NCBI GenBank assembly: GCA_021324685.1
Contig: JAJPIQ010000036.1
Location: forward strand, 1,423-65,422
Length of the DNA stretch: 64,000 nucleotides
Source: Bacteroidota bacterium
GTDB lineage: Bacteria; Bacteroidota; Ignavibacteria; Palsa-1295
Direction: 5' to 3'
How positions within the stretch are numbered: the stretch's first letter is position 1; every line of letters starts with the position of its first letter. The notes beneath the pieces were generated by a model, which was not told where the DNA came from, searched no databases, and was given only the letters and a program-made list of their open reading frames with translations. The translations under genes and the position numbers were made by a program. Positions 9,701-18,055 of the stretch are shown here, in pieces.

Positions 9701-11931
9701 ACCGTTCCCGAAGCCGTGCTCGTAATATGGACCATCGCCGGATCGCAGAATTTTGAGACGAATCCGTTCGTATAATTGGTCGGTAACGGTTCGTACGCGC
9801 CGGAGGTGGAAAAAATATAATTCGGTCCGGTTACATTCGTGCTTCCACCGACGAACGGATGTCCTGCACGGTCGAGCCCAATGCCATAAACATATCCGCG
9901 CTGGCCATAATAGGTTGCCCAGAACCGTTTGTGGCCGCTGCTGTCGAACTTGAAGAAAAACGGATCGTACGGACCGATGAGCGAGGTCTGGTACTCGCCA
10001 TTGGCCGCAATGCCGCTGGAACTCCAGGTCATGCCGCCGGCAAACAGGTTCTCGCTCGTATCGACAGCGATTGCGAAGAGCCAGTCGTCGCCCGGACCGC
10101 CGTAATAACTCGCCCAAATACGGTTCCCACTCGGATTGAATTTTCCGAAGACGCCGTCCGTGGCGCCGGACGTCGTGGTTTGGAATGCTCCCGGTGTGGC
10201 GATCGAAGCGGAAGTGGAGGAGTCGTACCCGGCAAAGTAGATATTCCCACTCCGGCTCACCGCAATGCGAGCGAGGGAGGCGTTCGCGTCTTTCAGGTAA
10301 TACGTCGCCCAGGAGATCGATCCCGTTGGCGAGAACTTGGCGAGGCAGGAGGGGCCTGAAGTCGTTTGAAACGCGCCGCTCGTGGCGACCCCGCTGGCGC
10401 TCGACGTTGACGAACAAAAATAAATATTGTTGTTGGCATCGGTTTCGACCCAGCCACTATTCTCATCGCCCGGGCCACCGAAGTAGGTCGCCCATTGGCG
10501 CGCGCCGGCGGAACTAAATTTTGCAAGGAAGAGATCGAAGGTGAGCGTGGAACCGGTACTAAGGGAAGTTTTATATGCTCCGGTCGTGGCAATGCCACTG
10601 GTCGACATCGTGGATCCGATGAAGAGAATATTTCCGAGGCTATCGACCGAGACGCCAGTCCCAACCGTGTTCGAGGGTCCCGTATGTCCCTTCACGGGGT
10701 CCGGGGGGGTTATCCCGTTTCCGCTATAATAGGTCGCCCATCTTCGCACGCCGGTGCTGTCGAAGGAGAGGAGCATGGCGTCCTGCGAGCCGGTGAAAGT
10801 CGTCTGGAATGCACCGCTCGACGTGATGCCACTCGAGCTTTCCGTCGATCCGGCCACGAGGATACCATCGACGCCATCGCATGCAAGGGCGTTGCCGTCG
10901 TCCTCGCTGCCGCCGCCGTAATAGGTGCTCCACAGGAGCGTTCCGGCGCTATTGAATTTTGCCACGAAGGCATCGCGAAAGCCGCCACCAAACGTCGTTT
11001 GGAACGCTCCGGAACTCGCGATATTGGCGAGTGCATTCGTGGACCCGACGATATCGACACTGCCGATGTGGTCCACGGCGAGATCGTTTACGAGCGTGGT
11101 ATTCGTGTCGTTGCTGCCGCAATAATAGGTTCCCCATATCCGCTGGGGATCGATCGTGAGGTCGCGGCTCCGGTCGTACGCGCCGACGGCAAAGCGTAGG
11201 GTATCGTTTGTCAGCCGGAATTCCGCGGAAACCGCTTGGCGTTCGTTCGAACGGACAAGCTGGTAACCCATCGGCTTCGTTTCGGTTACTTCGCCGAATG
11301 GAGACGTCAGCCGAAAGCCGCCATCTTCATTCGTTTGCAGCGAGCTTGCGTGATCGTAAGCAATTTGGATCTGGTTCGGATCGCCGCCCGGATGGACTAT
11401 AAAATCGTACTCCAGCCCGGCCTGACGCGTAGCGTCATCGCCGGACGGGGTGTAAAGAACCAGGTCGATGTGTGGGTACAACTCTTTATACACGATCCTC
11501 TGGAATCCGGGAACGTGTGTAATGCCGTTTGGGCACGAGGGAAGATAATAATTGGTGTAGTCTTCGGTCGTATCGGCGGCCTCGATTTCGGCGTTGGGGT
11601 TTGCGCCGATAAAATGTGCATCGACGCGATAGAGCATGAGCGAATCGTGGGAACGATCCCGGAGCGCGGCGCGAACGCCGGAAAACCCGGAAACTCGAAC
11701 GAGCTGCGAAAACACATAGTGCATCGAGCTATTCGTAAAATAACATTTCACTCCGCTGGACTGCGCCGTAAACCGGACTTCCGGCATCGGGCGGCCAAAT
11801 TGGTCCGCGAGCTGGCCGAGATTTGGAACGAATATGATCGGCGCGGGCTGGGCCAGCGAACGGCCCGCCGCGAACATTCCGAACAACGCGAAGAAAAGGA
11901 GCAGTAAAGAAACCGTCGAGACGCGACTCAT
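6754..11931 (-). CDS. Giant secreted cell-surface protein: SBBP beta-propeller repeats + array of Ig-like (Cys-containing) domains + cohesin-like region + T9SS C-terminal sorting domain
   Basis: 1725 aa with a signal peptide. Repeated WATYYGG.G.D....IAVD..GNIY..G.T.S....T.GAFQTT units (SBBP type). Many units of about 80 aa have the pattern (I/L)C.G(D/S)S..L.A....YASY.WS.G. The C-terminus VEPNPSTGSFSVRYHT...GLYRLTLQNGARNKSVLVEFEK is T9SS-CTD-like. Confidence 0.85.
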   Translation of the reverse strand: MSRVSTVSLLLLFFALFGMFAAGRSLAQPAPIIFVPNLGQLADQFGRPMPEVRFTAQSSGVKCYFTNSSMHYVFSQLVRVSGFSGVRAALRDRSHDSLMLYRVDAHFIGANPNAEIEAADTTEDYTNYYLPSCPNGITHVPGFQRIVYKELYPHIDLVLYTPSGDDATRQAGLEYDFIVHPGGDPNQIQIAYDHASSLQTNEDGGFRLTSPFGEVTETKPMGYQLVRSNERQAVSAEFRLTNDTLRFAVGAYDRSRDLTIDPQRIWGTYYCGSNDTNTTLVNDLAVDHIGSVDIVGSTNALANIASSGAFQTTFGGGFRDAFVAKFNSAGTLLWSTYYGGGSEDDGNALACDGVDGILVAGSTESSSGITSSGAFQTTFTGSQDAMLLSFDSTGVRRWATYYSGNGITPPDPVKGHTGPSNTVGTGVSVDSLGNILFIGSTMSTSGIATTGAYKTSLSTGSTLTFDLFLAKFSSAGARQWATYFGGPGDENSGWVETDANNNIYFCSSTSSASGVATSGAFQTTSGPSCLAKFSPTGSISWATYYLKDANASLARIAVSRSGNIYFAGYDSSTSASIATPGAFQTTTSGATDGVFGKFNPSGNRIWASYYGGPGDDWLFAIAVDTSENLFAGGMTWSSSGIAANGEYQTSLIGPYDPFFFKFDSSGHKRFWATYYGQRGYVYGIGLDRAGHPFVGGSTNVTGPNYIFSTSGAYEPLPTNYTNGFVSKFCDPAMVHITSTASGTVCANTPVTLSTATGALTYQWYVNGTTITGATGSSYTFTTPQGGGTYIYTAGVEGTDLCNATSDTVRLHIRPGVQVDIPPVNEICPGSSVKFLATTSPGAVSYSWTPVGTLDHPDSLQPTASPTKPTTYTLSVTDTSGCITTKQITVTLYAGPKVAAGGNHTVCGGTPVTLSATGSGGVAPYTYSWSPTTGLDRIDSNVVIAAPDTTTKYYVTITDHNGCTSRDSSAVTVNPLLKLSAGPELSICNGSSIKIATLLAGGKTPYTIKWTPATGLSSTTIAQPIASPSTATRYTIMVTDKNGCTAADSVLITVADTLTPRISADGPLTLCAGDSLRLNAPTGYASYKWSNGATLSSIPIIASGTYYVRVTDSAGCGGTSQKVNVTVFPDSVPRPVISTPSTAICAGDSVKVTTTVPYASYQWSTGDTTGAIYVSKNGLYSVTVSNASGCTGSTAPLQFTVVPRPTVNITPNGAATLCDGDTLVLSATAGYQYAWTKDGNPFDSVQTIRVTQGGSYAVTATNSTGCTASSGPVVVTLAAMPQPSIAGPSSLCANGIGHYHVTPAVGTFDWQIVPAALGSTLAQAGDSIVIQWGATGSGTLTVIDTNSDGCVGTAQVSIAIGDHLTPTIAPPGPIALCPGDSATLDAGTGYASYQWSLNGSQLTGETSHRLRVGSSGGYSVFVTDATGCNGNSQPVSVTLYPAPATPVITANGTTLTSSPAAHYQWELNGVPLPGDTMQTVAFDSTGAYTVTITDANGCSVASAPMGSVPTVVATFPPLTTASPTQTITIPLYLTNTAQLDASNATSYAGILRVDAGLLTPLNAAAVRNGTDWTLPINGPWTKGMDTLMELKFIAGTIDPDCGPLSLDTFYFSNAPLKVERVHGTVCVSGPCSPWLTSSDTALAIKRVEPNPSTGSFSVRYHTTEDGPVELALQDVLGRTVKYLVNESRTAGSFEETYSTTDLPVGLYRLTLQNGARNKSVLVEFEK

Positions 11932-12076
11932 ACAGACTTCCGTGGAACGTGGGATATTCTGACACCTGAGCCATTAAATTTGTTCCACATTATTCGGCTG
12001 GACGCAGGCCCCGGCCCGGGTACCTCCGCGCTGGGAATGAGCATCCGCAGAGTTCCCGCCATGCAACGACCCAAAA

Positions 12077-12683
12077 GCGTGTGGGGGCAAGCGCTGACTG
12101 CCTCCTTGAGGCCGGAACGCATCGGCCGGTATGGAGTGACAGAGCTTTACCCTGTGGCGGGTTTTAAGGTGAGCTTTAATAGCTGGCGAGCTTTAATCCC
12201 CAATCACCATGGCACGTGGACACACATTTCATCTGTGCCTACAAAAAGGTTCGTTCCAATAGTAGTAAAGCACTCAGCGGTAATCGAAAAAGGTCCATTC
12301 GTCTGCTCCCATGAATGTTGGCCCCACCCGACATTCGCCGCAACCAGCACGAGGAGTGCAGCGAAAAAAGAAACAATGTTATTCATCCGTAATGTGAGAA
12401 GCGAAGCTGAATTTTTAACGCGCTGCACCACACAAAGAAGCCGCATAAATGAGTGACCAAAACCGTGTGAGGCAAGCGCTGCTTCACTCCAAATTGGACG
12501 TATGCGTCTTCATCGTTTAGCGTGGCACGCTTATTTCCCCTATCCTGAAGTGTGGCCATTTTTTTAAGATACGAGCCCGTATGGACCAGCGGCGCGGCAG
12601 AACCCGTGTGGCGCAGGCTTTTAGCCTGCTTGTCGAAATGACTCGGACTAAAGTCCGGGGACAGACTGAAAGTCCGTTCTACG
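12077..12683. repeat. Cluster of short hairpins and three copies of a degenerate ~28-nt motif (REP/BIME-like, unclassified)
   Basis: Motif copies: 12077-12105 gcgtgtgggggcaagcgctgactgcctcc; 12463-12490 ccgtgtgaggcaagcgctgcttcactcc; 12604-12634 cccgtgtggcgcaggcttttagcctgcttgtc. Hairpins: gcaggct-ttt-agcctgc (12613-12629), cggact-aa-agtccg (12644-12657), ggac-N9-gtcc (12659-12675) followed by gttctacg. Confidence 0.4.
12204..12386 (-). pseudogene. N-terminal remnant of a secreted propeller-type protein (signal peptide + first ~40 residues only)
   Basis: MNNIVSFFAALLVLVAANVGWGQHSWEQTNGPFSITAECFTTIGTNLFVGTDE... then a stop. It resembles the start of T9SS-type propeller proteins (W.QTNGP...G.NLF.GT) but is only about 60 codons long and is embedded in the repeat cluster. 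Confidence 0.35.
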
Positions 12684-12721
12684 CGTATAGTAAATGTTTG
12701 AGTCTCGGCATACACTTTCAA

Positions 12722-12767
12722 TTGGTACTGTCCTAATTTAAGCAATGTCAAATTAGGACAGTACCAA
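12722..12767. repeat. Perfect 18-bp inverted repeat with 10-nt spacer (operator, terminator or mobile-element hairpin; function unknown)
   Basis: ttggtactgtcctaattt-aagcaatgtc-aaattaggacagtaccaa, read directly, about 150 nt upstream of the mutase start codon. Confidence 0.9.
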
Positions 12768-12915
12768 AAGATTATGAATGTTAAACGAGCATCACCGCGT
12801 TGTCGATTGTTTCTTTAAGACAATGTCTTTTTGGCAATTTTTTGGGGCAGGGGACGAAATTTAAGGACCCATCGTTGAGCCATCGACTCGATTTTAAGAG
12901 ACCGATTGGAAAAAT

Positions 12916-14658
12916 ATGTCGAAAGTAAGCGCGAAATCCGATCTCAATCATAATGGCTTCCATTCGAACGGCCAGACACGGACGTTCGAGGAGTCGCCGG
13001 AATATCAGCAGGCACTACTGCTCTGGAAGTCCCGGGCGGAGGCGTCGCCAGAGACCGGGATGAAGTTTACGACGCTTTCGGGTAAAGCGGTCGATCTGCT
13101 CTATGCGCCGACGGATCCGCAGGCCGGAAGTTCTGCGCCCCGCGAGTATCTCGACCATATTTCGTTTCCAGGACAGTTCCCATACACGCGCGGCATTCAT
13201 CCGAATGGCTATCGCGGAAAGATCTGGACGATGCGGCAGTTTGCCGGCTTTGGAACTCCGGAAGATACCAACGAGCGGTTCAAATACCTGCTGGCGCATG
13301 GCCAAACGGGCCTTTCCACCGCCTTCGATCTTCCGACGCTCATGGGCCGCGATGCGGACGATCCGTGGAGCGAAGGCGAAGTCGGAATTTGCGGGGTCGC
13401 AATTAGTTCTCTGAAGGATATGGAGACGCTCTTCTCCGGGATTCCGCTCGGAGACGTATCGACCTCGATGACGATCAATTCGCCGGCGGCGATGATCTTC
13501 GCCTACTACTTATGCGTAGCCGAAAAGCAGGGCGTGCCGTTCTCGAAACTGCGGGGTACGCTTCAAAACGATATTCTGAAAGAGTACATCGCGCAGAAGG
13601 AATTTATTTATCCGCCGGAACCCTCGATGCGGATCATTACCGATATGATCGAGTTCACAACCGCGGAAGTCCCGCAGTGGAACCCGGTCTCGGTCTCGGG
13701 CTATCACATTCGCGAAGCCGGTTCCACGGCCGCGCAGGAACTGGCTTTCACGCTGGCCGACGGGTTCTCCTATATCGAACATTGCATCGAGCGCGGCATG
13801 GACGTGGACCAGTTCGCTCCCCGCATCTCGTTCTTTTTTAATTCCCATATCGACTTTTTCGAAGAGATCGCAAAGCTCCGCGCGGCCCGCAGGATTTACG
13901 CGCGTCGCATGAAGGAGAAGTATGGAGCGAAGTCGGCAAAGTCGATGACGCTAAGGTTTCATACACAGACGGCGGGATGCTCGCTCACGGCGCAACAGCC
14001 GGAGAACAATATTGTCCGCACGGCGTATGAGGCTTTGGCCGGAGTGCTCGGGGGAACCCAGTCGCTCCATACGAATTCGATGGACGAAACGCTGGCGCTG
14101 CCGAGCGAGAAAGCGGTGAAGATCGCGCTCCGGACGCAGCAGATCCTGGCGTACGAGACCGGCGTTATCAATACCGTCGATCCGCTCGGTGGATCGTATT
14201 TTGTCGAAGCGGAGACCGATCGCTTGGAACGCGAAGCGAACCAGTATTTCGACCAGATCGATGCGCTCGGTGGGGTCATTCCGGCGATCGAAGCGGGATT
14301 CTTCCAGCGAGAGATCGCCGACGCCGCGTACCGCTACCAGATCGAACTCGATAAGAAAGAGAAGTTCATCGTCGGCGTGAACGAATTTGTGGAGTCGGGC
14401 GAGAAGATCGATATTCCGATCCTGCAGATCTCGCCGGAAGTTGAGCAAGCGCAGAAGCGAAAGCTTGCGGAGGTCCGCGCGAACCGTTCCCAGGCCGCGG
14501 TAGAGGAGTCGATCGAGGAAATTCGTGCTGCCGGTTTCGGGCATACGAATCTGATGCCCGTGCTGATTCGCGCGGCGCGGAATTATGTGACGCTGGGCGA
14601 GATGATCGATACCCTGAAAGTTCCCTTCGGGGAATATCAGGAGTCGGTGGTATTCTAA
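12916..14658 (+). CDS. Methylmalonyl-CoA/acyl-CoA mutase large (catalytic TIM-barrel) subunit, without a fused B12-binding domain
   Basis: [93 protein letters not shown]. 580 aa. Confidence 0.9.
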   Translation: MSKVSAKSDLNHNGFHSNGQTRTFEESPEYQQALLLWKSRAEASPETGMKFTTLSGKAVDLLYAPTDPQAGSSAPREYLDHISFPGQFPYTRGIHPNGYRGKIWTMRQFAGFGTPEDTNERFKYLLAHGQTGLSTAFDLPTLMGRDADDPWSEGEVGICGVAISSLKDMETLFSGIPLGDVSTSMTINSPAAMIFAYYLCVAEKQGVPFSKLRGTLQNDILKEYIAQKEFIYPPEPSMRIITDMIEFTTAEVPQWNPVSVSGYHIREAGSTAAQELAFTLADGFSYIEHCIERGMDVDQFAPRISFFFNSHIDFFEEIAKLRAARRIYARRMKEKYGAKSAKSMTLRFHTQTAGCSLTAQQPENNIVRTAYEALAGVLGGTQSLHTNSMDETLALPSEKAVKIALRTQQILAYETGVINTVDPLGGSYFVEAETDRLEREANQYFDQIDALGGVIPAIEAGFFQREIADAAYRYQIELDKKEKFIVGVNEFVESGEKIDIPILQISPEVEQAQKRKLAEVRANRSQAAVEESIEEIRAAGFGHTNLMPVLIRAARNYVTLGEMIDTLKVPFGEYQESVVF

Positions 14659-14660
14659 GC

Positions 14661-16337
14661 GTGGCCGCACCCGACGTTCGCGCGAGCCAGAAAGCGTTCC
14701 GGCTTCCCCGTGCCCTGGAAATACTCCTCGGCGTCGTGGTCGTGTTGGAACTTGTGGCGCCGTTCACCAGTACCACCTTCGGGGTCGATGGAAGTTATCA
14801 CCTCCATTGGCTCTCCGAATTTACGGACCTTATCGCTCACGGTGTATGGATCCCACATTGGATTCCCGGTGCTTACTTCGGATTCGGGGCTCCTTCCTTT
14901 TACTACTATCCACCGCTTACGTATTACCTTGGGTCCATTTTTCGAATGGTATTCGGTATTACCGATCCACGGTGGTTGTTTCAATTGACAGGGTTGCTTG
15001 CTACGATTGCAAGTTTCGCTTCGGCTCGACTGCTCTTTGGTGTGTTTTCAACAAGTAGTTATCAAAAAAATATTGGTGCGTTGCTCTATGCGTTTGCACC
15101 GTTACGTATTGCCGACCTATATTCACGCTCGAACCTCTCCGCCCATGTTTCGTATGTTTTTGTGCCGTTCGTATGGTATGGAATTCTGTTGTTCTTCAAG
15201 CCGGGTACCAGGCAAAGGAATGCACTACTTGTGTTCAGCGGCTCGATTGCATGTTTATTGCTGACGAATATACCGATTTTTTTACTTACCATAAGCGGTA
15301 TTGTTCTCGCTGCTTTTATGTATCGCAAGCAACTGAGATTTTCAATCGTTCGCAATGCGATGGTGGCTGTGCTTCTTGCAATGGGTCTCACTGCTTTCTA
15401 CTGGAGTTCTATCCTTTCGTTTAGGAACGATGCTAATTTGGGCGATCTCTTACTGGTGCAACCTGACTATATTATACTATACATTATTCATGGGTCCGGC
15501 ATCCCGGCGGCGTATCATATTGCACTGTTGGTGGGTGTTTGCATCGAGCTCATTGCAACAGTTTTGAAGGCGCGCAAGAATCGCATCGCATTGAGTGTGT
15601 CAGAGCGACGCATAGCACTATTGCTGGAAGTCTTTTGTGTGATAATGATCTTTCTGAATATTCCTGTTATAAGCGTTCCATTCTGGAGATTTCTTCCGCC
15701 CCTACCGCTCATACAGGATGCGTGGCGAATGTATTCCGTAATTGTACTATTGATTGCAGCGATGATTGCTTCGGCAACTTCCCTGCCGATTCAAAAGACC
15801 GCTCGGAATATTATTTGGCTGTGGGTGCTCGGTGCAATCCTTCCGGTTTTCTTAGTGGTCTTTAATACGCACTTCTATACTCATTACGATCGCTCCGCGG
15901 ATGTCGCTACAGAATATCTTCCGACGTATGCCGTTCCACGGACGCAGGTGATGTCAACGATGAAGGATCATGCCGGGGAGCCCCTTGCGATGAGCGTACT
16001 GAGTGGAGAAGAACGCATCGCATTGAAATCGATGGATCCTCGGTCAGAAACGTTCCATGTTCAATTATCACATCCAACGCCAGTGATATTTCACAGATTT
16101 TTTTGGAAGGGATGGCACCTCTATGTTCACAATAATATCATGGAGGATTCGCCGGATTCCTTAGGACGAGCAACGGCAGTATTGCCGGCCGGTAATTATG
16201 TCGCGGTATGGAAGTTGGAACCCTCTAATCTCGAACGAGCCGGATTGATTATCACGGGATTGAGTATTGTTGGGGTTCTTGCAATGGTCGGAACTTGTTT
16301 TTTTGCTAAATTCACATGGAAAGGAGGCGTCGAGTGA
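14661..16337 (+). CDS. Polytopic GT-C-fold membrane glycosyltransferase-like protein (YfhO/ArnT-like), paralogue 1
   Basis: GTG start 2 nt after the mutase stop. Many hydrophobic helices. N-terminal loop motif WIPHWIPGAYFGFGAPSFYYYPPLTYYL. The C-terminal soluble part FHRFFWKGWHLYV...LGRATAVLPAGNYVAVWKLE plus a terminal TM helix follows the YfhO-type layout. Confidence 0.6.
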   Translation: MAAPDVRASQKAFRLPRALEILLGVVVVLELVAPFTSTTFGVDGSYHLHWLSEFTDLIAHGVWIPHWIPGAYFGFGAPSFYYYPPLTYYLGSIFRMVFGITDPRWLFQLTGLLATIASFASARLLFGVFSTSSYQKNIGALLYAFAPLRIADLYSRSNLSAHVSYVFVPFVWYGILLFFKPGTRQRNALLVFSGSIACLLLTNIPIFLLTISGIVLAAFMYRKQLRFSIVRNAMVAVLLAMGLTAFYWSSILSFRNDANLGDLLLVQPDYIILYIIHGSGIPAAYHIALLVGVCIELIATVLKARKNRIALSVSERRIALLLEVFCVIMIFLNIPVISVPFWRFLPPLPLIQDAWRMYSVIVLLIAAMIASATSLPIQKTARNIIWLWVLGAILPVFLVVFNTHFYTHYDRSADVATEYLPTYAVPRTQVMSTMKDHAGEPLAMSVLSGEERIALKSMDPRSETFHVQLSHPTPVIFHRFFWKGWHLYVHNNIMEDSPDSLGRATAVLPAGNYVAVWKLEPSNLERAGLIITGLSIVGVLAMVGTCFFAKFTWKGGVE

Positions 16338-18055
16338 ATTTATTTTCCATGAGAGAGCGAAGAAAAACAGGATCCTCCGGCCATGATGTTCGACTTTCAC
16401 GTGGGTTGGAAGTCTTGTTCGTAGTTGTCATCGTTCTTGAATTATTGGCCCCATTCGTATCAAAGACACTGGGGCTGGACGGACGTCTTCAACTCAATAT
16501 GATCGTAGAATATAATAAGCTGCGATTATTGGGTATTTTCGTTCCGACCTGGATTCCGACTGCGTTTTATCATTTTGGTGCCACGACCTTCTATTTTTAC
16601 CCGCCCTGTATGTTCTATCTTGCGGCGGTTCTGGATAGGATCGGTCTTCACAGTCCGATGACGTTGTTCGAAGCCATCAGCTTGCTGGTAACGCTTGGAA
16701 GTTTTTTCTCGGCCCGGTGGCTGCTCCGATCGTTGGGTTCCACGGGCTACCGTTTGAATTTAGGAGCGGCACTGTATGCCTTTGCTCCGCTTCGAATCGC
16801 GGAACTTTATATGCGTTCCTCCATTGCAACGCATATTACCTATGTGTTTCTGCCATTGATTTGTGGGGCGCTCATTGCGATCGTAAAAGGGGAAGGGCGC
16901 TTTGCTTCAAAGCGAATTCTTTTGCTCGGGCTTGCATGCAGTCTTACGGCGCTAACAGATGTTCCGATTGCTGTCATGGTGGCAATTTCGGCCATTATCG
17001 TCACCTTTACAATCTGGAGGAAATTAACTGGGAGAGCGGTTCTTGAAATATTGATTGCATTAACGATCAGCGCGTTACTTGCAGCATATCATTTCGGTTC
17101 TGTCTTATCCGCGCAAGCCTTTTCTCGATTGCGAGATTTGCATTTTTCTCATAAGCCGGAAGATATAGAGCTATATTTTCACCTTGGGCCCGGAACGTAC
17201 CACATGCTGTTACTATACGGCGCCTCCGCGATTATTGCATTTGGGTATTTGTGGGTTCGATGGAAAAGCAAACCCATTTCGGAGACCGAGGCATGGATCG
17301 GCCGGGTTGGATTGCCAATCGCGGGTTTTATCCTTTTCCTCGATCTTTTTCCACTCAGCGCTATCGTGTGGAACCATTTCTCGCCGCTCGACCTGGTCCA
17401 ATTCCCATGGAGGTTTTATCCCTTAATGCTTTTGTTTGGAACGCTGATCGTTGGCTTGGCACAGACTCCGATTGTGGAAAGAATTGCAAAATGGGTGACC
17501 GCGGTTTGGGTCTTAGGTGCAATTCTGCCAATCGTTCTGGTGGTCTTCAGCATGCATATTTTCGCACCGTTCGAAAGACCGTTAGAAGATGCAACAGAGT
17601 ATCTTCCAATCTATTTCAATCCTCCGGTGCCAGAACACGGTGGTGGTATCAGAGAGGCCGTGGATCGCATGATTGGTCCGCACGCTTCGGATTCCGCTGC
17701 TATAGGGATTTTTTCAAATACCGAAAGCATCCGAAGCACGTTAGAAGCTCCCTACCTTGAAGAATTCAAGGTAATGTTTGAGAAATCGGATGCTGTGACA
17801 TTCCACCGATTCTATTGGCCGTTTTGGCATCTCTATGTGAATGGGAGTGAAATTCCTTCCCGCCCCGACAGCCTGGGGCGGGCGACGGCAACGCTTCCGG
17901 CGGGTCGCTATCGCGCGACCTGGAAGTTGGAACGAACGCCGCTCGAAACGGCCGGGCTCTGGATCTCGGGCTTTGCATGGAGCGGCATAATCGTTTACGG
18001 AGGAATAGGTTTCGTGCGAAATCGTGTTAGACGTAAAGACCGATTAACACCGTGA
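16334..18055 (+). CDS. Polytopic GT-C-fold membrane glycosyltransferase-like protein, paralogue 2 (tandem duplicate of 14661..16337)
   Basis: Colinear similarity to the upstream gene: LE(I/V)L..VV(V/I)VLEL(V/L)APF, FYFYPPCMFYL, ALYAFAPLRIA(D/E)LY, FHRFYWPFWHLYV...LGRATATLPAGRYRATWKLE. AAGGAGG at 16321-16327 precedes in-frame GTG 16334, which overlaps the upstream stop (GTGA). ATG 16316 and ATG 16349 are alternative starts. Confidence 0.6.
   Translation: MNLFSMRERRKTGSSGHDVRLSRGLEVLFVVVIVLELLAPFVSKTLGLDGRLQLNMIVEYNKLRLLGIFVPTWIPTAFYHFGATTFYFYPPCMFYLAAVLDRIGLHSPMTLFEAISLLVTLGSFFSARWLLRSLGSTGYRLNLGAALYAFAPLRIAELYMRSSIATHITYVFLPLICGALIAIVKGEGRFASKRILLLGLACSLTALTDVPIAVMVAISAIIVTFTIWRKLTGRAVLEILIALTISALLAAYHFGSVLSAQAFSRLRDLHFSHKPEDIELYFHLGPGTYHMLLLYGASAIIAFGYLWVRWKSKPISETEAWIGRVGLPIAGFILFLDLFPLSAIVWNHFSPLDLVQFPWRFYPLMLLFGTLIVGLAQTPIVERIAKWVTAVWVLGAILPIVLVVFSMHIFAPFERPLEDATEYLPIYFNPPVPEHGGGIREAVDRMIGPHASDSAAIGIFSNTESIRSTLEAPYLEEFKVMFEKSDAVTFHRFYWPFWHLYVNGSEIPSRPDSLGRATATLPAGRYRATWKLERTPLETAGLWISGFAWSGIIVYGGIGFVRNRVRRKDRLTP

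Noticed and set aside
9053-10417. 454-aa alternative-frame ORF inside the 1725-aa adhesin gene, plus several others at 7793..8503 and 10495..11199
   Set aside because: Their composition is Arg/His/Gly-rich and typical of off-frame translation of a Gly/Ser/Thr-rich gene. The main frame is continuous and domain-rich.
11980-12456. 158-aa plus-strand ORF in the 11.9-12.9 kb spacer
   Set aside because: It runs through the repeat motifs and antisense to the gene stub. It has no recognisable features and an odd composition.
12768-12915. Possible cobalamin riboswitch upstream of the B12-dependent mutase
   Set aside because: I could not find a B12-box-like element or the conserved GCCACTG-type core by eye. 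A covariance-model scan would be needed to exclude one formally.
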